DNA of 63,821 nt, filler included, from Folioceros fuciformis (lineage: Eukaryota), in assembly GCA_049999805.1 (NCBI GenBank). It is 4 parts of 3 records of this genome, joined end to end, with 100 filler letters (N's around TTAATTAATTAA, not from the genome) between each part and the next. Parts side by side here need not be neighbours in the genome. Positions count along the whole stretch, not along the records: positions 1 to 26,386 come from JBNGIO010006136.1; 3 more parts are not named here. One strand, given 5' to 3'. Made by a program: the position numbers and the translations under genes. Shown here piece after piece: positions 13,401 to 23,985 of this stretch; the first letter of the stretch is position 1; every line of letters starts with the position of its first letter. Under the pieces are notes generated by a model. That model was not told the DNA's origin. It was given only the letters and a program-made list of their open reading frames with translations, and did no database searches.

Positions 13401-13675
13401 TTCACGTAGTACAACTCCCGCATGCACGATATTCCTCTTTACCCAGCTAGCACTGGCACAGGCTTCAGGGTACGGTTGCAGGACTTACTTGCTTCCCCAT
13501 ACGCTTTGTTGTCCATCCTCGTGTACAGGGGCTCGATGACGACCGACCATTCCTTGGTGGGAAACAGCCACCAGAGCAAGAGCCACCACAGGCTTAGGAC
13601 GAGCAACAGCAGCATGAGCAGTTGCGCCAGCACTGCTGAAGTGCACCGGTACCCCGAGTTGCAGAGATTGGCCAT
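10482..13675 (-). CDS. FRO: Ferric reduction oxidase (FRO6/7-like), multi-exon
   Basis: Transmembrane region [27 protein letters not shown] with heme-ligand His residues, FFEVFFGFHQLY, FAD-binding QWHPFT, VEGPYGHE, NADPH-binding LMFVAGGSGIAPF, and C-terminal VLVCGP...FHYHSVSFDF*. Start MANLCNSG at 13675 is inferred. Confidence 0.93.
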
Positions 13676-13809
13676 GGTGCACGCTTCAGGCCTGTCGAGT
13701 CTTTGCTCCTCGCTCGTTGCCCACACTGAGAAGATGGCGGGCAACAGCTGCGACCTTGTCCGAAATCCTTGGCCAGACAGATGCATCCAGCCGCGCCATA
13801 AGCACAGAT

Positions 13810-13818
13810 CTTTATAGG
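13810..13818 (-). promoter_or_regulatory. TATA box candidate for FRO
   Basis: CCTATAAA on the minus strand about 140 nt upstream of the inferred ATG. Confidence 0.4.
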
Positions 13819-14760
13819 CACGCCCGGCCTCCTCAACTTGACCGTACCGTGTGTCGTACAAGTTGCATCCGATTAGTCCGTTGACACTGCAATGGCCGGG
13901 CGTGTGGGCGACCATGACCGTGGCGTGGGGAACACACCCCGCAGCCTGGAAGCCTGCGTCCCCGAGCCCCCAACCCAAGGAACCCCTGATGTATATTTAA
14001 CTTCCAAACCACCAACTTATCTACTCTAATTAAAATCAAGCTGGCTGTCCGACAACTCTGAACTTCATGGATTTCCTTAACCCTAAACTATGGCTTATTA
14101 TATATAAAGTATATTTTTCCTCAGTGTTATGGAGGAGTGGTGGCGCAGTTGGCTAGCGCGCATGTCTTATAGCAACGGAGAGTACGGGTGTCGGAAGGTC
14201 AAGACTCTTTCTCCCCATGAAATTATGGATTTTTCAAAAGGGTTTACATGCATATATCTTGCTGGTTATCTTCCGATCCCATGCTGGAAAAAAAGACCCT
14301 TTTACGACGAGGAAATGTCGTGGGTAACGGCCACCTTTTTCAAACACCGCCCAACGGTAACAGAGTTTGAGCTCAGGGGAAGTGACGCACGTAGAAGACC
14401 GTCGCGCAGCAGGTCCAGGGCCTTTGGGGCTGGGACTCGGACTTGAGCTCGGTCCCTTTGGCTTCTAACACGGTTGCTCCATGGGCAAGTCCGAGAGAAG
14501 GCGGGAAATTATGATGCGGCTGCCGCGGAGTTCTGAGGAACACGGCAACACGCATGGTTTCTCGTCACGTTAGAGTAGAATGGTTTCGTTCCGAGGGAGT
14601 GGCCTGAGGCTGCGATCTCTGGTAGTCGGTGTGAACGAAACATCTTCATGGGGTGATCAAAATGAAGCGCAGCATTCCTCCGGTACGTTTCGCTCTTGCG
14701 CGCTCTTGCACATGATAGTAGCTTTTGCACATGATAGAAATAGTAGATTCCGTAATAGTT

Positions 14761-15010
14761 TGTAAGATTAGTGGTTATAGCATGTTGGGGCTTATGGCAA
14801 GTCCTAAGGATTTGTTGTCTAGAGCCTAGTATATAACACTAAATTGGTCACTCTAGGTATATAAAGGGCCTCTCTTGAGGCTGTTGAGTAGTATTGTTAC
14901 TAAGTCTCTTGTGGATATCTTGTGGGTCTCTGTTGTCTTTGCCTCTGTACTCTTGCTCTCCTGCTATAAAGCCTTTCCTTTGTTTCCATGATCCTGGTAT
15001 AATCCTAACA
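14761..15010 (+). mobile_element. Solo-LTR-like element
   Basis: Begins TGTAAGATTA (alternative start TGTTGGGG at 14783) and ends TAATCCTAACA, giving imperfect terminal inverted repeats. Internal TATATAAAG at 14858 is followed by a T-rich R/U5-like tract. No clear 5-bp TSD. Confidence 0.5.
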
Positions 15011-15101
15011 GCACCCATACTTATCTCTCTGCTTCCTGGCTTTGTGTGGAAGACATGCAGGCGTTGGCAATCTTCTGCTATCTCACAAAGTATGCCCTGT
15101 T

Positions 15102-17199
15102 ATGTCTTGCAACGCAGGTGAACACCGTCAGCACCCTATAACGTCAGCGGTGGGAGTACTCATTGCTCTTGGGTTTGCCATGGGCGTGTTCGTCTGCTTG
15201 TATGCCCAGTTTCGGCGAAAGAAACACAAGCGAAAGGCTACAGAGCTGCCTTTGAAAGACTCCTCTGCTCGCCATTGCTTGCTCCCTTCCTTGACTCATG
15301 AACAGGCTAAACCGCTTAATGGTGAGTTCTTCGTCTCAGCGTCCGCGGGCCACAAATGTGCCGTTTGGCTTCTTTATCACTTGAGCATCAGACAAGGCTG
15401 ATGAGTGAATTTTCGCAGGCAGGCAGCTTCTGTCCAGTATCACCTTTAATTTTGATTCACTGAGATGGGTTCCCAAGCACATAGAATTCTCATTGCCCGA
15501 GCTCAGTCTCGCTACCAACAACTTCCATGAAGCAAATGTCCTGGGCGAGGGAGGGTTCGGGAAGGTGTACATGGGAATCCTGCCTGTCCCCCCGTATACC
15601 AAGATTGCTATCAAGGTGTTACGGTCTGGGAGCACACAGGGTTCGAAAGAGTTCGTCACAGAGGTTGAGGTGTTGAGCAGACTTGATCACGACAATCTGG
15701 TAAGCTTTTGCACAAGTTTCCCTCCGACCGTCTGCTTCCAAGTTGACCATGAATACGGATTTACCTGCTGCACTTGGTAGGTGCGACTTGTAGGACACTG
15801 TGTGACTGACGAAGAGAGGATCCTTGTGTATCGCCATGTTGCCAACGGCAGTCTGGCTAATCATCTACATGGTAAGCGAAGTAGCTGTGTGTAGCTTTAA
15901 GCTTTTATAAGTTGAGACTTGGCTACTGGAGCTCGTCTGCTAAGAACGGTATTTGCAACTGCAGGAGGGGCATCAAACGGTTGCCCACTATCATGGGAGA
16001 TGAGGGTGAAAATCGCTCTAGGGGCTGGTCTTGGTATATACCATTTGCACCAACAGCATCCTAAGATTCTGCATCGTGACATTAAGGCTGCCAACATCTT
16101 GCTCACCCGGAGCTTCAATGCCAAGGCAAATTCCCCTCCTTTGAGTGCATGCTACAGCTCCCTTGCTGCTGTCTGTAGAGTTTAGTAGGTTTCACAGATT
16201 TTTTCTGTAATGCTGCCATCCTTTCAGGTTTGTGATTTTGGATTTGCGAAGCAAGTATCCGCAACCCCTCTTCATCCCAGCAGCGTAGGCCAAACACTGA
16301 AAGCGCAGTGCTGCACCCCCTCAAGGTCATGTGCAATGGGCACGTTGGGATATGTTGCACCAGAAGCGTTTGCCACAGGAGAGTTTTCATCTGCCAGCGA
16401 TGTCTACAGCTTCGGTGTGGTACTACTTGAACTCCTTTCTGGAAGGAAACCCGTCGATGTAACACGCCCTGACAAGGAAAAAAGTGTGGTTGGCTGGGTG
16501 AGCAGTGCTGACTTGCCCTCATGGACGTGGGATTTAGAAGCAGATCTTCTTTCTTGTGAATCGTAACCGTGCCTCACTTGTGCATTTGGACGGTTGCAGG
16601 CAAGGAACGCAGTCATGGATGGCAGGCTGAACAAGCTGATGGATCCTAACATGCCAAACTCGTCTGCCATCACACAAGAGTCAGTGATCGAATTCGCCAG
16701 AGTAGCAGTGGCTTGTGTTAGCATGGAACCCTCTTCAAGGCCAAGCATGGGTGACGTAGTGTATGTGCTACAGAACTTACAGGCCGGTACGTTTTATGTG
16801 ATGCTGTCATGCTACCCGATAATTGATGCTTCTGCATTTTGGTTGGGCGAATTCGCTTACGGTTGCAGATTGTGGGATTGTCTTTCAGGCCATAAGGTAC
16901 GGCAATCGCAGCAAGGAGGCGCATGGGAGGTTGAGCGAGAAAGCTCAGATTGCCAACCAATCTCCTCCTCGTCGCCATCAGGCGATAGCTCGAAGGTGTT
17001 CTACGATTTTCCTTCTTCAAATTTCGCTTCTCCGGCTCCGGATTTCAGTGTCGATGAGCCAGGCACTGATGAGGAGGTGCAGTCCGTTCTCAGTGTGGCG
17101 GAGGAAGGCTGTGCAAAAAATGTCAAAGCGTTCTCTTGGCTTAAAGACACCATGTCAAGCGTTGCTTCGACCACCAAGGGCTTGATGATGAGGGGATGA
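15102..17199 (+). CDS. Receptor-like kinase (Pelle/RLK family) with TM helix but no visible ectodomain, multi-exon
   Basis: TM segment [19 protein letters not shown] followed by RRKKHKRK. Kinase motifs: [106 protein letters not shown]. The true start is uncertain because a splice acceptor also exists at ~15117. Confidence 0.88.
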
Positions 17200-18075
17200 A
17201 TGGCATACCCAACTCCAGGGGAATCCATTATATTAAGGGCTGAGTGTATGTCCAGTGGCTGTCTTTGCAGGCACATTTATTGTACAATGAGAAAGGGGCG
17301 ATTCTTAGCTCTCGCTATTGAGACCTGCGTCTTCATGTAAAATTTATAGGCCAGTCTAATTGGTAGGACAAATTGGAGACCAGGGATTTGATTCCTCTGC
17401 AATGTGAGTGTGAGGCGTGTACATGTTCGCGGCGGAGTATTGCAGTTGGATACAGCCATTCCGGGTCTCGTCACGTCATACCTGAAAGGTTGAGGAGAAA
17501 CGAGCACAACTGCAGGCAGATGTTTGATACTTATGTGTTAGCCAAGACTTCTCCGGCTCCGGATTTCAGTGTCGATGAGCCAGGCACTGATGAGGAGGTG
17601 CAGTCCGTCCTCAGTGTGGCGGAAGAAAGCTGTGCAAGTAATGTCAAAGCTTTCTCTTGGCTTGAACACACTGTCAAGCGTTGCTTTGACCACCAAGGAC
17701 TTGATGATGAATGGATGAATGGCATATCCAACTCCAGGCGAATCCACTATAGTAAGGGCTGTGTGTATGTCCAGTGGCTGTCTTTACAGGCACATGTATT
17801 GTACAATGAAAAAGGGGGGATTCTTAGCTCTCGCTCTTGAGACCTGCGTCTCGATGTAAAATTTATATACCAGTCTAATTGGTAGGACAAATTGGAAACA
17901 AGGGAATTGATCCCGCTGCAATCTGAGTGTGAAACGTGTGGGTGTTCGCGGCGGAGTATTGCAGTTGTGTATAGCCATTCCGGGTCTCGTCTTGTCTCGT
18001 CATACCTGAAAGGTTGAGGATAAACGAGCACAACTGCAGGCAGATGTCTGATACTTCCGTGTTCGCCAGACTTCG
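17027..18075 (+). repeat. Tandem direct duplication, ~521 bp unit x2 (RLK last codons + 3' flank)
   Basis: CTTCTCCGGCTCCGGATTTCAGTGTCGATGAGCCAGGCACTGATGAGGAGG occurs at ~17027 and ~17548, and the copies stay colinear to CAGATGT(T/C)TGATACTT..GACTT. The second copy is frameshifted. Confidence 0.95.
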
Positions 18076-18126
18076 TCTTACGAACATGTAACCCTACCTT
18101 CTAAGTCTGTGTGCCTTGTCCAGAAA

Positions 18127-19111
18127 ATGCTTAGGGTCAGCCTCCGGGCGATCCTGCAGGCTAGGCCTGGAGTTCGCCAAGCGTTCGTCACTGGTCGATC
18201 GCCACACGGCGTCCATGCCAATGCCTCGCCCACTGCAGGGCTGCCGGGGCAATGTGCTTTGTCTGAGGGTTGTGGCAGAGGGTGCTCCAGCCAGGCCGGA
18301 GCTTCTGCAGGTTGCTCTCCTGCTTTTCTCCCGTCTTTTGGACACGCCAGGTCGTTTCTCAACCTACGGCAGCTTGGCTCTCAGGTAGCAGCTCTCCACC
18401 AGAGGTAGGCAGCAGCGGTGCGGAGCAGCTGCAGCCACCCACTTCGAGCCTGAAGGTGACGAAGACTGGTACGTACGATTTGGACTACGACAACGACCGT
18501 GGCATGATACCAGTGGAGGGGAGCAACACTCACCTGTATGATGCACGAGGGCTCGTGGAGAAGTGGCTTGGTCATCCCACGTTCTGGGGCATGATTTCAG
18601 GTGGGGAGCTTTTCATCGAGTTCAATTAGGGTTTCAGTGTCTTCCGGCCTACGCTCTCCAGCGTTGTTGAGCTACATTGGCAGCAGCTACTGGCTGGAGT
18701 GTGCAGAGGATGCTATTGCCAAGACCGAGGCCTCCAGGGACGGGCCTTTCGGGGAAGGCCCGATTTTGCGTTGGCAGACCAGGGTTGTGCTGGGACCTGG
18801 TGGAGACGGATTCCACCCTGCCAATCGTAAAGTAAGCGTGGCGGTTTATGTGAAGGAGCTTGGGATTTCCCGGCGTGCCAAGGCCCGGCTTTTGGCTCTC
18901 GTGGGGAAGAGGTACAATCCGGGCAAGGATGAGCTGACCATCACCAGCGAAAGGTACGCCGAGACTCTCATTTCCCTTCCGCTGCATTTTGAGGTAGGGT
19001 CTGAGCATGGATTGATGCTTGTGAAAACCCAGGTACGAAGAGCGTGAGGAGAATCGCAAGGATGTTCTGAAGACGCTGATTGCTCTCATTCATGAAGCCA
19101 AGGCAGCCTAG
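18127..19111 (+). CDS. Mitochondrial ribosomal protein mS35 (S24/S35 family)
   Basis: YWLE..PILRWQTRVVLGPGGDGFHPANRKVSVAVYVKELG..RLLALVGKRYNPGKDELTITSER|YEEREENRKDVLKTLIALIHEA*. The Arg-rich N-terminus resembles a mitochondrial presequence. 5' exon structure is unresolved. Confidence 0.85.
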
Positions 19112-19710
19112 GATGGAGGTTTCCTGAGCGTTTGGGAACGAAATGAAGCGTTAGGTGTGGTGTGCTTACTTAGTCGGACAAATCTTTTTTTGTCTTTGTC
19201 GGCAGGAGCTGTGCCTAGGCGGGAAAGCCTGGCGAAGGCGGGCCCCTGTTTGGGCAGAACTGCGCGGTTCGCCTCGTTACGGCACGTTCGCCTTTTGTTC
19301 AGAGTCTGTGTAGCGCCTGTGGGTTCTGCAATAGGGCCAATGGGACCCAGTAAATCGTTCTTTTTCCCGTCACCAGCTGGCCCTTTTCTCAGGTTGTAAG
19401 CTGCGGCTTCCGCGGCCTTGTACGCGTCCTTCGTTCCTGGTGGTAGGAGGGGGGCCCGGCGCTACTCCCCGAATGAGCATCACACGGCGGTTATACCTTT
19501 TTCCTGACGGCATTACCCTGAGGTGCGCATTTCCACGAGACAGGTTGCTCTGGGCCTCGCTGCACCGGTCTTGCCATTCCAGGCTCTCCTCTGCAAGTTC
19601 TGAGGAGCGCTGGGCCGTGGTCAGACAAGCTCGTTTTTTTTTTCCGGCGGAATTCATGACTACACGAGCTGAACATCTGAGGACGCAGTCACACTGGAGC
19701 GCAAGCTGGC

Positions 19711-21964
19711 ATGGATTTTCTGGATGCCGCCAGCAGCAACTCCAGTGAGGCTGGATCTTCCTCGGATGCGCACTCTTCACTTGGCTCTATCTTCTCGTCC
19801 CTGGATTCGAATGAGGATTCTGTCCTGAAGGTGGATGGCAGCGATGGTGAGGCGGGCACTGCTGGGGCATTCAGCGACTTGGGAGCTGTCGATAGTGTGG
19901 TTCGAGTGACTAATGTAGTCCGTGGATGTGGCCTTGATTATGGCGCCAGCGATACAATGCTTGGCCAAGAAACTGCTGTTTGTGCTCGACAGAAGACTAC
20001 AAAGTCAGATTCACGTTCTCCTACTGCCCTCGATAGGATGACAGACACGCCGTGCGCTTCGATGCCACATAGTAAGGCCAAGTCAGAACGCAGTGTCGCC
20101 GTCTCTGGCAGGAGGAAGGTGTTTGTGCTCAGCCTCGATGGTGGCGGGATTCGCGGTGTTATTGCTGCACGCGTCCTTTCCAACTTAGAGTCTGTGCTTC
20201 AGGTTTTCCACTGAACTTGTGTCAGCATCGCCGCACCTCCACTCTGTGCTTCAGGTTAGTTGCCAACCTTGTATGCTCGTAGTCTGAGGGCCTCATGGAT
20301 CTTCACACCGTTTTTTGGCAGGAGAAAACTGGTGAGGAAGTGCAACTGTGTGACTACTTCGATCTCATAGCGGGAACCAGCACTGGAGCAATATTGACTG
20401 CAATGATTGCCACTCCTGATGAGACTGGGAAGCCATTGTTCACCGCCAAGGGATGTTGTGACTTCTATGCAAAGTATGGAAAGCGAATATTTAAGAAGCG
20501 TCTGCTGGATCATGTTTTTGGAACTGTGAGGAAGCTCTACCAGCCAAGATATTCAGCTAGGGGATGGGAGAAACTGCTGAAACATTACCTTGTGAGGAAT
20601 GGCATCGCCCTCACACTGAGGGATGTGCTAAAGCCTATTCTTATTGCTTGTTTTGACATCTCTCAAGCTGTACCTTTCTTCTTTGCACGTAGTGCGGCCA
20701 TGAAAGACGAAAGCAGAAACTTCAGGTGTAGCCTGAACCAATTGCACAAAGTGACATTCTGGGGTGTACACGTCTTTGCGTTCGTCCGAGGAGGTTTGAC
20801 CATCTTTGATGATTTTCCACTTATGCAGATTGTGGGAGGCTATCCGAGCGACTACCGCAGCCCCCACTCTCTTTCCACCTGCAGAGATCACGTCGGTTGA
20901 CGGCAGGCAGTCGGCTACGCTGGTGGATGGCTGCATCATTCAAAATAATCCGGTGAGGATTCTACTTTGTGGAGAACAGAATCTCGTCGCACATGTTTTT
21001 TCTGCATCTGAGCCTTGCCACTGGTTGTAGGCACTGTTCGCATTGACTCATGTGCTGGGAAACAATGAGGAGTTCCCCGAGGCAGCTTCTTTACAAGATG
21101 TGATGGTGAGTTTCCATGTCTCCCTCCTGCTGTTCAGGCTCTTTCAACGAAACCATGACCTTTCACGTACAGTACTGTCAAATATCGATATTTGCCAAGA
21201 CAGATTTTGTCACTGGGAGCTGGACAGGTGGATGAAAGCCATGAGCTGCGGCATGCCAAGAAATGGGGTATGACAGGCTGGGTACGCCCCCTCCTAAACA
21301 TCATGATGGCCGGGACCTCCGGTGAGTGTGCTCCTCTCATCTAGCCTTTCTACATTGTTGCTGGCTTTCCATATTGTAGCTATCCATGAAACAGCGTTGC
21401 AACATTCGTGTGATTCATATCCCGCCACATCATGCTTGCAGACACAGTCGACTACCAGCTCGCAGCAGCCTATGCTGGGCATAATTGCTCCCCAAACTAC
21501 CTTCGAATTCAGGTACTTTACTGCTGTAGGTGTCCCTGGGAAGCATTTCCGTCATGCCGTGCTGAGTGGTCTCACTTTGCGAAATCTGGCGTGTTCAGCT
21601 TCTGGGTCTTCAGAAGGAGAAAAGTGCGGTGGATTGCACAAGCAAGAAGAACATTGAGGAGCTGATGAGGGCTTCTGATGACTTACTTCTGCAGCAGGCT
21701 GTGATGTTCAACGCCCACGGAGAAAGAGTGAGAATAGTTGAGACGTACGCTGACCGACTTTCATGGTTTGCTGATCAGTTGATCGCTGAGAAAAAGTACA
21801 GAGATGAACCAGAGCACCTCAGAATGTTCCATCACCAAAAGGCGGCTGGAATTCCATCTAGGTTTGGACCAGCTGCACGTATGCTATCACCTCTTTTCAG
21901 CCATTTAGCAGCCCACGAAAGAGAGTGGGGTTCCAGCGGCAAGTCTGCATCGTTTCGAATTTAA
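19711..21964 (+). CDS. Patatin-like phospholipase, multi-exon
   Basis: VLSLDGGGIRGVI oxyanion motif, DYFDLIAGTSTG (GxSxG nucleophile), ATTAAPTLFPP, LVDGCIIQNNP, ILSLGAG, AKKWG and NYLRIQ. Confidence 0.92.
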
Positions 21965-22143
21965 GATGCAGACGGCATAACTAAGTTCTGGAACCCATCA
22001 TCGGCACAGCATTCTGGCCCCATTCATTGCTCGATGATATCTAAGTTGAGAACAAAGTGAAAACGGATCAGCAATCAGCTCTAGCCGATTTCATCTTATA
22101 GCAGAGCAGACCATAGAAGTGGAGGGGGGTGGGAACATCTTGA

Positions 22144-22914
22144 CTAACTGTTCAACCCAACGTCAGCCTTGCCGGACAAATAATGATTCAACATGTCATC
22201 CTCATCCAAATCCTCATCGCCAAAATCCTCCTCGAAATCATCGATCTCATCCTCGTCCTCGTCATCCGCTGTATCCAGGATGGGCTTTCCACCCTTGCTT
22301 GCCAGAGCCCTACCCGACTCAAACCAGAAACGTCCTGTGATCCTCTTTTCCCTAGCAGCCACCAGAGCTGCTTCCGGAAGCAATTTAGCTCGCTCGAGGG
22401 CCTGTTCCGCCTCAAATCGCTCTCGCCAGGCTAGGAAAGTGGCCACCGTAACCAACTCCCCGTGGGGTTCGATCACCTCATCCTTTTTACTCTCCAGATC
22501 CTCTTCCACGGCGTCCACATCAGGCCCCTGGGTGCCGTAATGTTCCCTCAGCCACTCTTTGGCTGTGGTTACGAGCGTGTAGATCATGGCCATGCCAAGA
22601 TTGCTTTCTATCTCGCGTGTCACCACCTCCTTCAACAGCTTGAGATCATTAGCCTTGACGCCCTGCAAGCTCCTCACATCAAATAGCGGCGGCTCATCAG
22701 GATACTTGGGGGTGTGCGCAAACACAAGAGCTAATCGAACAGGAATGTCTGCCATGTCTTCTTCGTCGTCCCCGGTTGGTGTAATCGTGATCTGAAAGCA
22801 GCGGCTGGCCGTCCCAAGTCCACCCTGCCCACTCTCCAACTCCGCCATGTCCTCCATCAGTATGGCTTGCAGAGCCTCCAATTCCATGTCCTGTTCCTGC
22901 TCGTGCTCGCTCAT
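22144..22914 (-). CDS. RWD domain protein (RWDD1/GIR2/DFRP2-like), single exon, 256 aa
   Basis: EQEQDMELEALQAI, HTPKYPDEPP, NLGMAMIYTLV, PHGELVTVATFLAWRERF, KRITGRFWFE and an acidic tail. Confidence 0.92.
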   Translation of the reverse strand: MSEHEQEQDMELEALQAILMEDMAELESGQGGLGTASRCFQITITPTGDDEEDMADIPVRLALVFAHTPKYPDEPPLFDVRSLQGVKANDLKLLKEVVTREIESNLGMAMIYTLVTTAKEWLREHYGTQGPDVDAVEEDLESKKDEVIEPHGELVTVATFLAWRERFEAEQALERAKLLPEAALVAAREKRITGRFWFESGRALASKGGKPILDTADDEDEDEIDDFEEDFGDEDLDEDDMLNHYLSGKADVGLNS

Positions 22915-23217
22915 CGTGACTGCCCGGTCTCACCCCTTGCTCCCCGCACCTCGCGACCAGCTCCCGAGTTACGTTTGTATTAGGTCGGAATAAAATTCTG
23001 CAGCTCAATCCGTTGACATCAATATGTATGACGTTGTTTTCCTTCCAAATTCTCAAACTTCGAAGTAAGAGAGGTTGGAGAGAGTACCATAATGGAGCCT
23101 ATAACTAGTACTTTTTTATTATTGAAAAAGTGCCATCCACTCCAAAGATTGGAGGTCCGACAAAGGTCTTAGTCGAACATCATTCTCAAAAATTACATAA
23201 CATTCATAAAATATCAT

Positions 23218-23490
23218 GATGTGGAATAACAAAGATGTGGAATAACAAAAAGCCTATCTATCACATGTATAGAAGTAAAAAGTGTTCTAAAAATCACGTT
23301 GGCCAATGCTCATTGCAAAGCAATGGATATGCACTGTCAAAAGAAGGCTTTGCAATGGATATGCACTGTCAAAAGAAGGACATGTCGCGTCACATTGTTG
23401 TTGTTCTAAAAATCACATTGGCCAATGCTCTTTGCAAAGCAATGGATATGCACTGTCCAAAGAAGGACATGTCGCGTCACGCTGGCTGCA
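23218..23490. repeat. Nested short tandem repeats
   Basis: GATGTGGAATAACAAA x2. TGTTCTAAAAATCAC(G/A)TTGGCCAATGCTC...GTCGCGTCAC x2 (~120 bp spacing), with internal GCAATGGATATGCACTGTC(A/C)AAAGAAGG x3. Confidence 0.85.
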
Positions 23491-23985
23491 AAGCTATCAA
23501 AATTGCCTTGCCACAAAGATGCCCGAATGATGCCTCACTCTCAACGAGTCACATGTCTATCTTACTACGCGTTAATATCAAAACAACCAACATAGATGCT
23601 TGGACAGTTCAGGCTCTTTTCATTTACTTGGAGACCGTGCTCTCCATGACAATTAGAACCGGCGATCGGGATCCATCTGCCCGCCAACTCTCTTCGTGGA
23701 CATCAAGTAATCTACTATGTGTTTAAGATACCCCTCCTTATCATCAGAGCTGCCTATCCTACTGACCACGGACAAGACGCACGAATCCCATCGGCTGCCC
23801 TCTCCCGTCAACAACCTTTAGTAGCCTTCATTATTTATACAGTTATCCCTACCCGCTCATACCTAAGGCATTAACTATACCATTCATCACCACTTCATGA
23901 CAGCCACCACAGAGGAAAGAGGGAGAATACCATTTCTATGACCTTGATAAACCTTGGCGCACTCCTTGATGAACCTTTCCTTGCT

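Noticed and set aside
13676-13978. N-terminal extension of FRO
   Set aside because: No family similarity, and a TATA candidate lies inside it, so it is probably promoter/5'UTR.
17373-17840. 155-aa ORF as a separate gene
   Set aside because: Product of the tandem duplication junction; it contains a frameshifted copy of the RLK tail.
23218-23490. CRISPR-like repeat array
   Set aside because: Eukaryotic context, tandem units without unique spacers, and no cas genes.
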